Positions 34,927 to 34,936 of a stretch of DNA of 34,936 bases are shown piece after piece; positions within the stretch are counted from its first letter, which is position 1, and every line of letters starts with the position of its first letter. The stretch is from an uncultured Bacteroidales bacterium (GTDB lineage: Bacteria > Bacteroidota > Bacteroidia > Bacteroidales > B18-G4): positions 1 to 34,936 of the forward strand of contig CAZHYA010000002.1 of assembly GCA_964536525.1 (NCBI GenBank), written 5' to 3'. The notes under the pieces are model-generated. The model saw only the letters and a list, made by a program, of their open reading frames with translations. It was not told where the DNA came from and searched no databases. The position numbers and the translations under genes were made by a program.

Positions 34927-34936
34927 TGGCTGTTAT

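Noticed and set aside
1-34936. CRISPR arrays, tRNA/rRNA genes, IS elements, integrases, prophage genes, long direct or inverted repeats
   Set aside because: None seen. Intergenic space is limited to gaps of 181 nt or less. The only recurring elements found by eye were the short promoter-like 8-12-mers reported above. A computational repeat scan was not possible.

Overview
This 34.9-kb window looks like a Bacteroidota genome segment, based on TAnnTTTG -7 promoter boxes, FISUMP and DUF5686 proteins, and flexirubin-type genes. I found no rRNA, tRNA, CRISPR array, transposase or integrase.

The left 8 kb holds ordinary envelope genes. These are a partial TonB-dependent receptor (missing from the ORF track because it runs off the left edge), an unusual 10-TM membrane protein fused to a DUF2478/THEP1-like P-loop NTPase, two lipoproteins or secreted proteins, a FISUMP protein and a DUF5686 protein.

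From 8237 to the right edge, 27 tightly packed or overlapping minus-strand genes form a flexirubin-type aryl-polyene plus dialkylresorcinol (darA/darB) pigment-lipid cluster. It combines several parts:
- Type II KS/CLF/ACP/dehydratase chemistry.
- An aryl-acid CoA ligase.
- Four different acyltransferase types: LpxL-like, PlsC, BtrH-like and C45/IAT-like.
- A GtrB/ArnC-like GT2 and a NodB deacetylase.
- Three envelope-trafficking or export devices: a LolA-like carrier, an MMPL transporter and an ABC-2 exporter.

The parts least explained by known aryl-polyene (APE)/flexirubin biology are:
- a BtrH-like protein coupled to the ABC exporter;
- a PaaK-like ligase coupled to a membrane-anchored C45 acyltransferase;
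- a separately promoted pair of CxxCH heme-binding proteins in the middle of the cluster;
- a DUF1684 lipoprotein between darA and darB;
- the membrane-NTPase fusion outside the cluster.

All functional calls are homology or motif recognition by eye. No searches were run.
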